DNA of 57,371 bases, the filler included, from Dugesia japonica (Eukaryota): the NCBI GenBank assembly GCA_001938525.1. It is 5 parts of 5 records of this genome, joined end to end, with 100 filler letters (N's around TTAATTAATTAA, not from the genome) between each part and the next. Parts side by side here need not be neighbours in the genome. Positions count along the whole stretch, not along the records: positions 25,066 to 39,612 come from MQRL01594576.1; 4 more parts are not named here. One strand, given 5' to 3'. Position numbers and translations under genes: made by a program. Shown piece by piece: positions 25,396 through 38,409 of this stretch (position 1 is its first letter; every line of letters begins with the position of its first letter). The notes beneath the pieces are model-generated. The model was not told the DNA's origin. It ran no database searches and saw only the letters and a program-made list of their open reading frames with translations.

Positions 25396-26060
25396 TTAGG
25401 TTAAACGGAAAGTTTTTCAGTTGGCTAAAAGCGGACATTTATTAGGTAATTTGGTTGCTAAAAGTCAAATGATCAAAATACATATCGACTGTAATTGTTT
25501 TGCCAGATGACAACAATTCAAAATGTAGGAGTCTTTTTCAATCTTACCAGAAAAATAGCATAAGCTTTTGTAGATAGATAACTGGCTTTGTTATCGCAGG
25601 TACTGGCGGTAAAAACATGGGGTATTTTACGTATGAAATCATGGTATCGAATACATATTTTAATCTCCAGTTATTATTCTACCCAAAAATAGTTTGCTCA
25701 TATTTTGTAAAAGTAGATAAGAACATATGGAAATTTGATTCGATTTGTTTTTACTCACAATTCATAAGGTGCCCATTAAGATCATTTACAAATAAATCAA
25801 AGTTGTTTGTAAAACCTGAAGTCTCTTTGCTATTTTACTCGTAGTTAAAATGGATCTACTCCCAAATCAGACTTTAAGATGGCGTCATCAACTGTACTTT
25901 CTTTAACTTATTCTTTTCTAAATATTTCATGCAAAATCCTTCTCCTGGAACTCATATAGCATGTAATGTCACAAATATTGTTTATTACAATTCATTTTGC
26001 CACTCTGTTTCTGTAAACACCACTTATAAATAATTAATATTGTTATTCGTTCAAACCTAA
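25396..26060 (+). mobile_element. Internally deleted mariner-like element with TIRs and TA target duplication
   Basis: TA|TTAGGTTAAACGGAA at left and TTCGTTCAAACCTAA|TA at right; internal VIAGTGGKTW..KSW resembles IVTGDEKW..KSW. Confidence 0.6.
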
Positions 26061-27389
26061 TATATGCCTCTCAACAAGAAAAATATAACTATAATGCAGA
26101 AGAATGTGTTATTATGAAAAATCGACAAGAGCTTTCTGTTTAATTTGATTTGTTCTATTGATATATTTTAAGAACAAAACCTTTAAAATCTTTTTTAATT
26201 TAGTTTTTTTTTAAATTTTTTATGTAGAATCTTATTTGGTAATTGCTTGTATTTGTTGGTAAAATTAACATTTCATAAATCCGCATAACCGTTTACACAA
26301 AAAAAATATCAAAGCAATGCAAATTATTATCAATTTACTTATAATTTGGCAATGATAATTGACAATCGAGTTCTTTTATAAATATTTGGAACAATTACAA
26401 AATAGGATTTTTCAAAATAATAATGATAATCCCTATTATTATTTGTTTTAATGTTGTTAACCTTAAATAAAAGCTTATATTGTTTATAGAAACAATAAAA
26501 ACTATTTATTTGGCTGATTCAATAAAACATAGTTATATGGAACAAAGTCAAATGTTCTAAAACTAATACAATAGAAACTATTTTTAGGAAAATTGTCATG
26601 AATTATTTTTTTCTTTTTAATATATGAAAATCGGTTTAAGAAAATCGTTTTACATTTATATGATAAACTACTGTCTTATTTAGCTTAATTCACGCGCGTC
26701 GATCAAATGGGTTAAATAAAGTATTGTTAACCTTAAATCTTTATGAAAACAAGTTTAAATTTCGCTTCCAAAAGATGCTAATTTCGTATAAATTTATATT
26801 AAGATTTCAATTATATTCATGGCTTGTAAAGTAGTTAAAAAATAGTTTTACCAGTTCATTGAGTAGGCAAGATAACCTATCAATAAAGTATCAAAACCGC
26901 AAAGTTTATACAAATCTGAAAATATTTCACTTGATCTAAAAATTTATTGTATAGTATTAGTAACAACTACGATGTGCAAATAGTTCTCGCGAATTTTTAT
27001 TCAGTCAAGACTTGAACTATTTTATCAGAAATAATAATTATACGAATAGATCAGTGGTGTATGCTTGTTTGTATGTTTATTTGTAATGCTCAATATTATT
27101 CATAAAATTTCAAAAAGTTTATAAATTGTAATTTGCTTACTATACGTTTTAAAATTTCCAATTAATATATTCAAAACCCAGTGGTGTATGTTGGTTTCCT
27201 TGTTTTTATTGAAAATTTATTTAAGTTTAAAAAATTTGAAAGAGTTAATGAAAATTATTCAAAAATTATTAACTTCAATGGTGATAATTTTAAAATTTTT
27301 AATGAAAATTTTAAATCTTTCAATGAAAGTTATTTTAAAAAAGAACAAGAAAAATTTATAAAAAATTCGTACTTTTATTCTCCAATTAG

Positions 27390-27800
27390 GTCAGCAAGTC
27401 CTATAGATCTGTGGTAGCAGTTCAAAGATGATTTTACTTTTTGCGATCAATGTCAGATGAGTTGACTTCAGATCATACATTATACGCTAAGTACAATTTT
27501 ACAATCACCGAAGCAAGGCCAGTTACTGAAAGACGACCGAGAATTCACTCGCAATGTAGTCCATAACGAAGTCTTACACATGTAACTTCAAAGATACGAC
27601 TTCGATCAAAATGAGAACAGGCAGGAAACATCTTATGTCGAAGAATATCAATAAATGACGGTGAACATGATCAAGCAAATTTCTAAAGAGATTGATNNNN
27701 NNNNNNGCCAAATAAGGGGAGTGGTTAGTGGGAAAATCAAAGCTGATATGAGGTTTGTTGGACAACAGAAAGAGAGCAAATGGAAAGCACTAATATCAAG
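27390..27800 (+). pseudogene. Possible Helitron Rep-helicase linker remnant
   Basis: ASPIDLW*QFKDDF and a downstream RYDFD..MIKQI resemble the P..P..LW..KD and E..YD..Q..IY segments of RepHel; GC-richer island. Confidence 0.4.
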
Positions 27801-28562
27801 AAAATAAGATCTACTGAGCAAGTTCAATGCATAAAAATGAATATGACAAAAAATAAGATGCATAAATAAAATTTAATTCAAATATATTTCTGCAAATGTG
27901 TTTTTTTCTACGCACAATCTTTGATGACGGAGCCGTTCATAAAATACCTAGTTATTACATGATTTATTTTCCGTTAAGTAAAATCACTCAAACAACAAAT
28001 TATATTCTTTCAGACTTGTACAAACATAATGAGGAATCTTTACAATATGTTTACTGAATGATTTAAATATATTAAAATGAACTAACGAATTTCACAAAAA
28101 CATCAGAAAATTTCAATTTGGAAAAAGTTAATTCATTCGGATAAATAAACACTGATAAGCGTCATGCTACCGGTAATATGTAAACTTCATTTTATTAATT
28201 TTTTGGGTACAAAATATTTACTAGTGAACTAATATTACGCAAAGATAACTAATATATTGTTTAATTTTTGCTCATAAAATATTGATTGCAAACTAATGCT
28301 TATAGAAAATCTTTTATTTATCAGTTAATGTATTGTGCTAGTAGTATTGTTTTAAATTAAATCTCATGCATTTTTTGCCAAGAATCCTTACATCGATTTT
28401 TTATCATTTCGGAAAATTATGCTGGAACAGAGGTAATATACTAATAATATACTAAGACAAAAATTGTTAGCTTTTAGAGAAATAAATGAAATAATTAATT
28501 ATCAATTCCAAATTATTGTAATTTAATTGATTAATTAATGAATTTAATTAACTTACTAAAAT

Positions 28563-29712
28563 TTATTTTAGATTTTAATTTGACCTAAAAACATTTTAAA
28601 TTGTATTTACATTTAAATTCAGTGCTCAAAAATATATTTCACGAGAAGTGATCGAAACTCATCCGAATATAAATAAGGCCTAAAATTCATTGTATTACGG
28701 CATTAATTTCTTTATTTAAATGTTTTATACAAAAATGTAGAAGGGTAAATAAAGTAAAAAAAAATCTTAATTCACATCTAATATAAATAGTTAAACTTGA
28801 TGTTCGGTATGTAAGTAATCGACAACACCATATGGTAAATACATTTTCTTGACGTATATTTTATTCGATTAAAATTGATTTGTTAAATATTAAAGAAACT
28901 TAATAAAACTTTTGATTATCAAATACTTAGTATTGGTTAAATCTTAATGATTACATTAGATAATCTAGAGATAATCTATTTCAAATTTTACTTGATAATA
29001 TTATTAGACAACATCAAAATATTAAATAATTAAAATAACTAAACCGAGAACTAACATCGAACATGATAAAATAAAATCAATGAATTTATTTTACTAACTA
29101 ATTCGTTTTTATTTAATTTTTAATTTATTCGGCTAATTTCAAATTTCCTAATTTTTAAAATTTTCTTTTCAAAAATCTATTTATATTTTGATGGGGTATC
29201 GTAATTTTTAATATTTTTAAGAAATCAATGTAAGAAGAAGACTATTGTCGAAACTTTGAACTTATTTTTACAAATACATTTTATTTTGATCGAAGCTTTT
29301 TCATTATTTTAATGAAATCAATGTAAATTTTATCACAAACAAACTGATCAGCAGTTATAAATGAAACCCAGAAATAAATATATTATGACTAGGGCAATTT
29401 TTAAGACCTAAATAATGTATGTTCTTAGACCTTAAATTTAGATCTAAAAAAATTTTCAAGACTTATTGAGACCTAACCAACTTATTTTAGATCTTAATTA
29501 GACCTAAAAATATTTTAAATTGTATTCATATTTAAATTCAGCGTTAAAAACTATATTTCACGAGAAGTGATCCAAATTTATTACCGAAAACAAATAAGAC
29601 CAAAATTCATAGTATTACTGTTATTAATAATTATTAATTATAAGTTATAATTTATAACAATCAATTACTAAATTTAAACACCAGTAATACAATGAAGTTT
29701 AGGCCTTATTTA
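28563..29712. repeat. Dispersed repeat family: two direct copies and one short inverted copy
   Basis: ~135 bp at 28563-28700 matches 29482-29622 (gacctaaaaa..tatttcacgagaagtgatc..aaattcattgtattac); the end is inverted at ~29681-29712. Confidence 0.7.
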
Positions 29713-31089
29713 ATGCTAAAACAATATTTTTTGACTTTTCGAACCTTAAAAAATTTAAAAATAATGTAAATTCATCAAAGAAAGAGCTGCAAAGTTTAAA
29801 AATTAAAAATAAAAAATTTTAGAGTTTATGACATTTTAGCAAAAAAATTGAGAGAACTATGGTTAAAAGCTTTGTCTTTTGATCTTCGAAATGATCAAAT
29901 ATTCATTAAATACCGTGGAAAAAATCAAATCTTTTTCAAAGAATATATTATCAAGATTACTTTATCAATTTATTAAAGAAAATTAATTACGAAAAAAGAA
30001 ATAATATAATTTCATGAAAAATATTAAAATTAATCCATGTAGAAAGCAATAAAATCATTATAAAACTAACTCTGGGTCAAAATTACTATTTGAGCTTGAA
30101 TTTTGATTTGAGGACTTGAAAAGCTTAAGAGCTTTCTTTTTAGAAGCTGAATTTCTGACTCCTTGCAGCAACTGAGAATTCATTATCTGAAATGTCATCA
30201 AAGTAATAAAGGTTTACAATAAAAAANNNNNNNNNNNNNNNNNNNNNNNNNNNNNNNNNNNNNNNNNNNNNNNNNNNNNNNNNNNNNNNNNNNNNNNNNN
30301 NNNNNNNNNNNNNNNNNNNNNNNNNNNNNNNNNNAAACAGATTCAAAGGTAAAATGATAAAATATTTTTAAAAATCAACGCAATTTACTAGATTCAGATA
30401 TTAAAATTAAATACAAATGTATAATTTATTATGAATAGCATTTCATAACTTATTTCTTTTGTTAATAATGTTTGATAAGAAAACATAATTAAAAATGGTT
30501 CATTTATCATATGTAACAACTTCAAAAATGTGATATTTTCACATCACTTAAAAAGTTGATTCTTAGATTTTTAATTAAATAATTATAACTATATTGATTA
30601 ACATTAAAAGTCATGAAAATAAATTACTTGGATTATGAGAAAGCAATAAAGTTCTTATAATCAATTATGCTAAAAAGTGTTAAATACTACAGAGTTAGCC
30701 AAAAGATTCTTACTTATTATACGAATTCATTTAATATAAAAGCTTTGATCAAAATTTAGGTTTTAATTATTGATATTGGATAACAATTCGATATTACGAC
30801 CTTGTCTTCGTCAGGAATTGACAATTTTTTATACGAAGTTCAACTTTGTGAACACTCTGATGGGTAACATTCAATTTAATTAAAAAAGATTTTTTGAGAT
30901 TTAATTTATAATAAAAAATTTTTAAAAGTTTTTAATTTTTTGTTACGTTTTGACATTTTTTTTAAAAAGAAGTAGGAAGTGACCTTTGGGCCACACTGTA
31001 TTACTACTATTAATAATAATAAACCACACTATTTAAAAATTATGCATTTTTTCAAATTTATTAATGAATCCTTAAAATTTTATAATTAA

Positions 31090-32290
31090 AATTATCCCAA
31101 GAATAATTGTTAGACTTAATCATTGATCGCATTTGAGATTTCATTAAAAAAAAAGTTTCGATCAAAATAAAATGTATTTTTATAGAAATTCAAATTTTCG
31201 ACAATTGTCTTCTTCGGGAATATGATGATGACTTTTGATAGATTCAAAACAATAATTGATCTTTGTTACAAAATTCTTTATATTTTCAAAAGTTCTATTG
31301 GTTTATTTAAATTATAAATTTTTTATTTTAAATTAAATCTCAAAATTTTTTAATTAAGTCGAAAANNNNNNNNNNNNNNNNNNNNNNNNNNNNNNNNNNN
31401 NNNNNNNNNNNNNNNNNNNNNNNNNNNNNNNNNNNNNNNNNNNNNNNNNNNNNNNNNNNNNNNNNNNNNNNNNNNNNNNNNNNNNNNNNNNNNNNNNNNN
31501 TTCAATTTAATTTTTATTATTATTGACTCATATTATTTTTTAAAATTATTTATATAAAATTATTATTATTAAATATTTTTATTTTTAATTAAATCTCCAA
31601 AAATCTTTTCTAATTAAATTGAATTGAAAAGCTCTCAAATTAAAAAAAAAACAAATATATTAAAATATTAAAACATAAATATTAAAATATCAAAATATTA
31701 AATTAAATTAGTTTTCTATTGACTTTTAATAAACAATGAAAAGCTTCTCACAATTTATATATAAATAATTTTTATCAATATTATTTCGTTTTTTACTAAA
31801 CAAATTATTTTAAAATTTAATCTATTCATATTGATACTAACTTTTTTAATTTTTTTTAAAAATTTTTTTATTATTATAATTATTGAAAATCACAATAATC
31901 TTAGGTTTATCCTTTTTAATTTCTATTTGTTCGTGTTTTTTCTGTGATGTGTAGAAATGTAGCCTGTTCCTAATGGTTTCCATGGTTTTTCTAGTAAAAT
32001 ATTATGTTTATGTTGAAAGTGTTTTAATATTTTGAAAAATTTTTTTATTTTAAACATTTGAGAGATTTTCAATTTAATTAAAAAAAAGATTTTTAGAGAT
32101 TTAATTTAAAATAAAATAAATTTAGACCAATAAAATTTTGATAAAATATAAAGAATTTTGTAACAAAGATCTATTATCGTTTTGAATCTATCAAAAAGTC
32201 ATCATCATATTCCTGAAGAAGACAATTGTCAAAAATTGGAATTTTTATAAAACATTAATTTTTTTGATCGAAGCTTTTTTTATATTAACG
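31090..32290. mobile_element. Foldback/MITE-like element with ~200-bp inverted arms
   Basis: 31148-31345 (tcgatcaaaa..gacaattgtcttcttc..atatgatgatgacttttgatagattcaaaac) is the reverse complement of ~32075-32280. Related pieces at ~4960-5155, 20677-20740, 29230-29320, 32418-32550 and 56608-56720. Confidence 0.75.
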
Positions 32291-33199
32291 AAATTCTTAA
32301 AATAATAATAATAAATCAGCTCATTATTATTATCTTTATTATTATTAAAACAGTTAATTTATAGTTAAAAATTTCAAAATATTTTTAATAAAAAATAATA
32401 ATTCATTGATACGGCTTTACAATTGCAATTATTACGAGAATAATTATTGGACGTAACAATCGATCATTTTGCTGAATTCATTAAAAAAAACTTCGATCAA
32501 AATTTGTATTTTTTGTTTTTGATAATAATTCTAAACTTTGTCTTCTTAAGGAATTGACTTTTCAAAAGTCAAATTATTATAATAAATAGATTTTAATGAA
32601 AACGTTACAAAATGAATTTATATAACTATTTACATAGCATTTCATTTTACTCAATTTCAAATGATAATATACATTTTAAAAGCAGAAATCCAATCAGAAA
32701 GAAAGATACTAAAATCGGTCTTCCTTAAAATTCTGTTAAAGCACTTCACTTCTATTAAATTTAAGAAAAAACATTAAAATTTATCTTAGCAACCAATGAA
32801 AACAAAATGAAATTAATAATGCTAACATTTATTGTCCAAAATATTGTATAAAAAGTAAAACTATTTATTTTTGAAATAGCTATAATTTGATATATTTGAA
32901 ATAATATTGTATTTCAATTGTTATAAAATATGTTAAATTAATAAAAAATAATTTATAATAATTTTGGAAAATAAGATGTCATTAAAATCTTATCTGAATT
33001 ATATAATATTCCCAATATAATTTTGGTTGAGTCATAGAAAGCTTGATTAAAATAGGATTAAATTTTAAGATTGACTTGAAAGTTTTGACAATGAAAATTA
33101 TGAAAATAAATTCTAATTTAAATTGTAAAATTTTAAAATAATATTAATAAAAAATTAGAAATCATTTAATTAAAACTTTTCATAAATAGTTTTTTCACA

Positions 33200-34701
33200 G
33201 TTGGTCGAAATGGGATATGGGACGCACTCATTTGGCAAAAGATAGAATAGTGACAAATGAAGACCCAATGAAAGTGAAGCCATATTAAATGTAATGACAA
33301 AGAGACAAGCATTTCCTATGCCGAACATAGATGAGATGGTGGACTCTCTACATACGAATATGTATTTTAGTTCAATTGATTTGACAAATGCATATTATCA
33401 GGTAGAACTTGAAAATGATTCTTTAGAGAAAACAATTTTTTTGACAAAACACAGGCAATAATGTTTTACCCGGATGCTATTTAGAATAGCAGCATCGCCA
33501 GCTACATCACAGGAGATGATGGGGAAAGTAATTAATAACTTGAAGGAAACAATTGTATATCTTGACAAAATATTATTTTTTTCAAAGGAAAAGGCAAACT
33601 ATTAAATTATAGAAGACGAAGTTTTGAAACTGATAATAGATGGGTTGAGAGTTAACCCGGAAAAGTGTGAATGTCTGAAACGAAAAATTAAATTTCTGGG
33701 ACATATTGTAAGTGGAGAAGAAATAAAAATGAATCCCGCCAAAGTCAAGGCTATTAAAGAGTTTGGTTGGTCAAATTTTGTGAAAGAAATGCCCAGTTTT
33801 CTCGGTATATGTAACTACTATCGAAAATTAATTATTGGTNATGCAACTAAAGCATGAAAGCTGGAATAATTTGGTAGCGGTGCAGATAATACGAATCTGA
33901 ACTGGAATGAAGAATTAGAATAATTTTTTCAAGTGTTGAAAGTTGGGCTGATGTTGGCACCAATTTTAGCATTTCCGGACATGAGCAACAAATTCACTTT
34001 AGGTGCAGATGCTAATTTTTATAAAATTGGAGTTATGTTATCCAGATGGACGATTTAGGTAGGTGTAGAGTCATTGTGTATAGATCGCATGGGATGAACA
34101 GCCATGAAAAAGGGTATTGTACCACAAGGAAGGAGTTGATAGCAGTATATTATTTTTGTAATTTATTTAAACATTATCTTTATTGAAAGCGGTTAAGACT
34201 CAGGACGAACCACAAGGCATCAATTTTATGGTGGCAACAAAGAAACCAGTAACTGCACGGTTTCATACGGGGGGGAACTATTTGAGTAGCTTGGATATAG
34301 AATTATTAGGCGGGAAAGGAGAATTGAATAATAATGCAGATATACTGTCACGACATGAGTGTGATAATTTTACTTAGAGTCAGATGTATAATGAAGCAAT
34401 AAACAACACATAGAGTCTAGAAGAACTAATCAATAGGAGATGTATCAGTCGAGAAGTTGTTGGGGAAACATGGTAGAACAAAAGTAGTGAATACAAAATG
34501 AAAAACGTGACTCGTACACACTTTCAGGTGGGAGAATGGGTATTAGCCAGAAGTGAAGGAGTGATAAAAATAAAAAAAAATTCGGACCATATCGATTGAT
34601 ATAAAAGCAACACGAGAGGTGATAAGGGTTACAAGATGAGCAGGGTAAAAAGATAGAAAAAAATGTGGAAAAGTTGAAAATTTTCTTAATGGAGGAGGAT
34701 A
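33200..34701 (+). mobile_element. pol: Ty3/Gypsy pol remnant (RT, RNase H; integrase largely deleted) with PPT
   Basis: KRQAFPMPNIDEM..FSSIDLTNAYYQVEL, IVYLD, GLRVNPEKC..FLGHIVS, FLGICNYYRK, PILAFPD..LGADA, NNNADILSR; PPT GGAGGAGGA at 34691 followed by TG at 34702 (probable 3' LTR start). Confidence 0.9.
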
Positions 34702-35479
34702 TGAGGTGAATGATTAATTAAAGAAATTTTGTATTATTTTAATTGTTAGATTTATGTAAGTTTCAGAATTTAGAAAGTAGGAAATTTAAATTAGAAACAT
34801 TTAATTCTATTGAAGCTTAAAGTTTTTCAACAAGTTATCATCTGTAAATTGTTGTTATACTATTAAAATTCATGTAGTAATTTGCAATTTTTATAAACAA
34901 TTTGTATTTAATAAATATTAAATTGTCAAGTTATTAATTATAAAATTCGTGTAATGGTTTGGAAGTTTTTTAAACAATTTAGATTTGGTAAATTGTAATT
35001 AGAGAAGTTAAAAATTGTAAAATCTACAGTAAAACATTTTTGTAAATTCTTTTAATAATTGTTGTCTAATAAATTTTTGAAAATAATTAGTTATCATGCT
35101 TTATATGAATCTAGGTAATTCCGAAGTATGTATGCCGCACAGTGCTGATTCATCTTGCGTGCACCATGATCTTTTTCGATTGATTTTATTATAAATAATC
35201 CATTTTTTTAATCAAATCTTTCAAAAAAAATCAGTTATGTTAAGCTTTATTTGTAAATCGCAGATGCTAATGCGTTGTATTAGATTAATTTCCTTAAGTT
35301 CATAAGGAACTCAAAAAATCAAGCTTTTTAATCGTTTTTCAATGTATGTATTGATATATCTTGTCTTTATTGTTTCCCATTTTGCAATATGTCAATTCAA
35401 TTTTATTATTATTTACATTTCATGTTAATAAACCTCAATTGGACAATTAGAAAGTTATTCTTCTTTCGTGAAAAATTGA

Positions 35480-35610
35480 TCACAACATAATTTTGAATAG
35501 CAATTTCGACAATGTCTTTTCTTTAAATGCTTCGTCACTATATACATCATATGACATTTTATGAGTTTGTGTTGTATTTTCTTTATATTTTTGAAATGAT
35601 AGAGTAAATT
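35480..35610 (-). CDS. Unknown Ser/Asn-rich protein, putative last coding exon
   Basis: ccctAG|(E)FTLSFQKYKENTTQTHKMSYDVYSDEAFKEKTLSKLLFKIML*; phase fits the 19-nt exon upstream. Confidence 0.45.
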
Positions 35611-35726
35611 CTAGGGTTAATATATTTTACTTTTACATTTTTTTCAAATATTTTGCAAAGAAAATTTTCACAAAAATATAATTGACTAAATCAGTTGTGT
35701 AAATAAATAGAAAAATAAAAACTCAC

Positions 35727-35745
35727 CAAATTTTTTGTTTTCTTG
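35727..35745 (-). CDS. Putative 19-nt micro-exon of the unknown protein
   Basis: tttttatAAG|QENKKF-G|GTGAGT; phase 0-1 links the neighbouring exons. Confidence 0.45.
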
Positions 35746-35916
35746 CTTATAAAAATCACTTTAAAATTACATTACTGGTATTCCGCAACCGAATAGTACT
35801 GTTTTAAAAAAAATTTTATTTCGGAAATAAATTACATTTTCCGTATGTAAAATAATATATTGAAATTGAGAATAATTAAAAAATAATATTTAGGCAAATA
35901 GAAAATAAATTCTTAC

Positions 35917-36071
35917 TTCTTGACTTTCGGTTTCATTTATAATATCACTTGAAACTTTATCAGTAATATTATTAGAATTAAAATTTAATGTTTCATTTTC
36001 TTTCCGGCGACTTCCAGCACTTCTACCAAGTGCAGGTTTCGTTGGAATTGGACTAGTTTCAATTGCAGAAT
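35917..36071 (-). CDS. Unknown Ser/Asn-rich protein, internal exon
   Basis: ttttcaattatAG|(D)SAIETSPIPTKPALGRSAGSRRKENETL..TESQE|GTAAGA; open for 51 codons, phase 1-0. Confidence 0.7.
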
Positions 36072-36296
36072 CTATAATTGAAAATAAAGAGAAATTTTAT
36101 TTTAATTTATCTACTATTCATTAAATTAATTGTTTTTCTTTATTGATAATTTAGCTAAATTTGGAAAATATTTCAAATAAAGAAATCCGAATAATACAAA
36201 AAACATTAAGACATATTGGTAAAAAAATAAAAAACAACACACCAACACTCATGTTTTTGCTTTTAAATATTTATATTTTAAATTTATATGTATATA

Positions 36297-37344
36297 CTGT
36301 CAACACTCATTAATCCAAAAAATTAGAAATAGATTTCCTTTCCGATTGTGAATTAATTCGGATAATGAAGGAATTTAAAATCTATATGATCGCCAGATTA
36401 ATGATGAAATCATTAAGAAAAAGACAATTATTTATTTAAAAAATCATCTCAAGTTTTTTGTAGAGTTTTCTTTTGAATGAATTTCTGTAAATCAACTTTG
36501 AATTCTTTTAAATTTTTTACTGTATCATTGGTTATTTGTTGAGTAGAGCTGTTTGAAGACGAACTTGCTTTGATGACAATTTCAATTGCATGGAATAAAT
36601 TGCTTGAACTTATGTTGTAACTGTTATCGATCTGACCATCTTCAGCACTAAGTACAACATCTTCAACAGTGTATTCTTCTTGACATGGTGCAATGATTTC
36701 ATCATCATCAATGACTTCTTGTGTTTGAATCATATTCTCTTCAACGATTATTTGGTCAAACTCATTCTTGTGTGTCTCAAGAACGGGATCTGATGACAAG
36801 TTTTCTTCGGCATAAGATCCTGGAATAATCGCAACCTTTTTGAAATAATTTGTGATGGTTTCTTCTTTCACATCTTCCCAAGCTTCATGAAGTATCAATA
36901 TGGCTTTATTAAGATTAACAACAAAGGCTTTTATTTGATCAAGCGAGTTCATGTAATCAACTACCAACTTTTTTCTGTAATAATGCTTGAAATTTTTTAT
37001 TATATCTGCATCCATGGGTTGAAGATGAGCAGTTGAGGTCTTCGGAAGCATTATAACCTTAATGTTCTGAAAATATTTCTTCAAGCTATGACTTGGAGTG
37101 TTATCAAGAAGTAGATAAAATTAAAATTGTAAACAAGTTTAATATTTAAACAACATTAATGAGAAACTTTAAAAAATTATTAGAAACTTAATTCAAAAAA
37201 GAGCCTTCCGATTGCGGATCATGAAGTTTCGGAATAATGAATCAAATTTGTCTGAAAACGTTCGAAAATTGACGAAATAAATAAATATTTTTCGGACTAT
37301 GAAGTTTTCGGATTATTGAAAATCGGATTAATGAGGGTTGACTG
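36297..37344 (-). mobile_element. Internally deleted pogo/Tigger transposon (DDE_1 C-terminal half) with both TIRs and TA TSD
   Basis: TA|CTGTCAACACTCATTAATCC ... GGATTAATGAGGGTTGACTG|TA; LLDNTPSH..LPKTSTAHLQPMDADIIKNFKHYYRK..AWEDVKEETITNYFKK (ORF 36449-37084); repeated TTCGGA-based subterminal motifs. Intronic. Confidence 0.92.
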
Positions 37345-37611
37345 TATTATATATTTTATATTTAATAAATGAAAAAATTGAAAAAATTCATTTTTAATAA
37401 TTTCTGATTCTGTAAGAAGTAATATTCTGCAATGTATTATTTAGTCTTTTGAAAAATTTGACATAGGAAGCATATTTGTGTTTTCAGCTTATTTAAGAAT
37501 AACTTTATTAAATACCACATTTAAATATTTGGAAAGAATAACACAAATATGACTGAACTGTACACAATAAGATGCCCGGGATTGTGTTTTCGGTTAATTT
37601 ATTAGAAACAC

Positions 37612-37681
<70 letters not shown>

Positions 37682-37746
37682 TANNNNNNNNNNNNNNNNN
37701 NNNNNNNNNNNNNNNNNNNNNNNNNNNNNNNNNNNNNNNNNNNNNN

Positions 37747-37809
<63 letters not shown>
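37612..37809. repeat. (AAT)n microsatellite (gap inside)
   Basis: Direct reading; source of the poly-N and poly-L ORFs. Confidence 0.95.
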
Positions 37810-37869
37810 GTAAATGTATTTTCAATTTCTTAACTGTTAAATGTTTAAGTACATCAACCAAATATTAAC

Positions 37870-38014
37870 CTTCTTGACGACTTGTAGGCGGATTGTTTCT
37901 CGGAGTAACACTATTGGAATTTGTTGCAGTTGAACTGTCGTAATTACTTTTGTACATGTTTTCGTAATTGTTTCTGAAAGTATTTGATCCACTTGAATAA
38001 CCAGATGTATGAAT
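37870..38014 (-). CDS. Unknown Ser/Asn-rich protein, internal exon
   Basis: ttctatcAG|IHTSGYSSGSNTFRNNYENMYKSNYDSSTATNSNSVTPRNNPPTSRQE-G|GTtaat; phase 0-1, joins 36071 in frame. Confidence 0.7.
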
Positions 38015-38157
38015 CTGATAGAATTAATTAAATAATAACTTAGGTTACAAAACATTATCATCCATTATTAAAATGAAAACTATAGGTATATTTAACAATG
38101 GTTGTCGTCATTTAAATTTCCCATAAATTTATAATTATGATAAAAAAAAGTATTTAC

Positions 38158-38409
38158 ATAAGAGCTATTATCTGATGAATACGATCTTCCAGAAATGGGC
38201 TGACTTTTACTAGATATTCGTTCACCTTCAATAGAATTACTTTGTTGTAAATCATTAAATTTTCGAATAGTTCTCCCTTCATTAATTAATTCCTTATTTG
38301 ATACTGTTAATGGGCCTTGACTGTATTGAATAACTACATCTGATGGATAAATTTGATTTTGTCCAGGAGCTTTAGACAATGGAATGGATTTATGGTTATT
38401 AGTATTACC
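38158..38409 (-). CDS. Unknown Ser/Asn-rich protein, internal exon
   Basis: ttttattttAG|GNTNNHKSIPLSKAPGQNQIYPSD..SSDNSSY|GTaaat; 84 open codons, phase 0-0. Confidence 0.7.

Noticed and set aside
31900-31995. Possible minus-strand exon LEKPWKPLGTGYISTHHRK
   Set aside because: Lies in the loop of a foldback repeat with no linked exons.
37508-37868. Poly-Leu and poly-Asn ORFs (also the + strand poly-Tyr/Leu/Ile ORFs at 49880-50113 and those at 54347-54592)
   Set aside because: Translations of (AAT)n microsatellites and N gaps.
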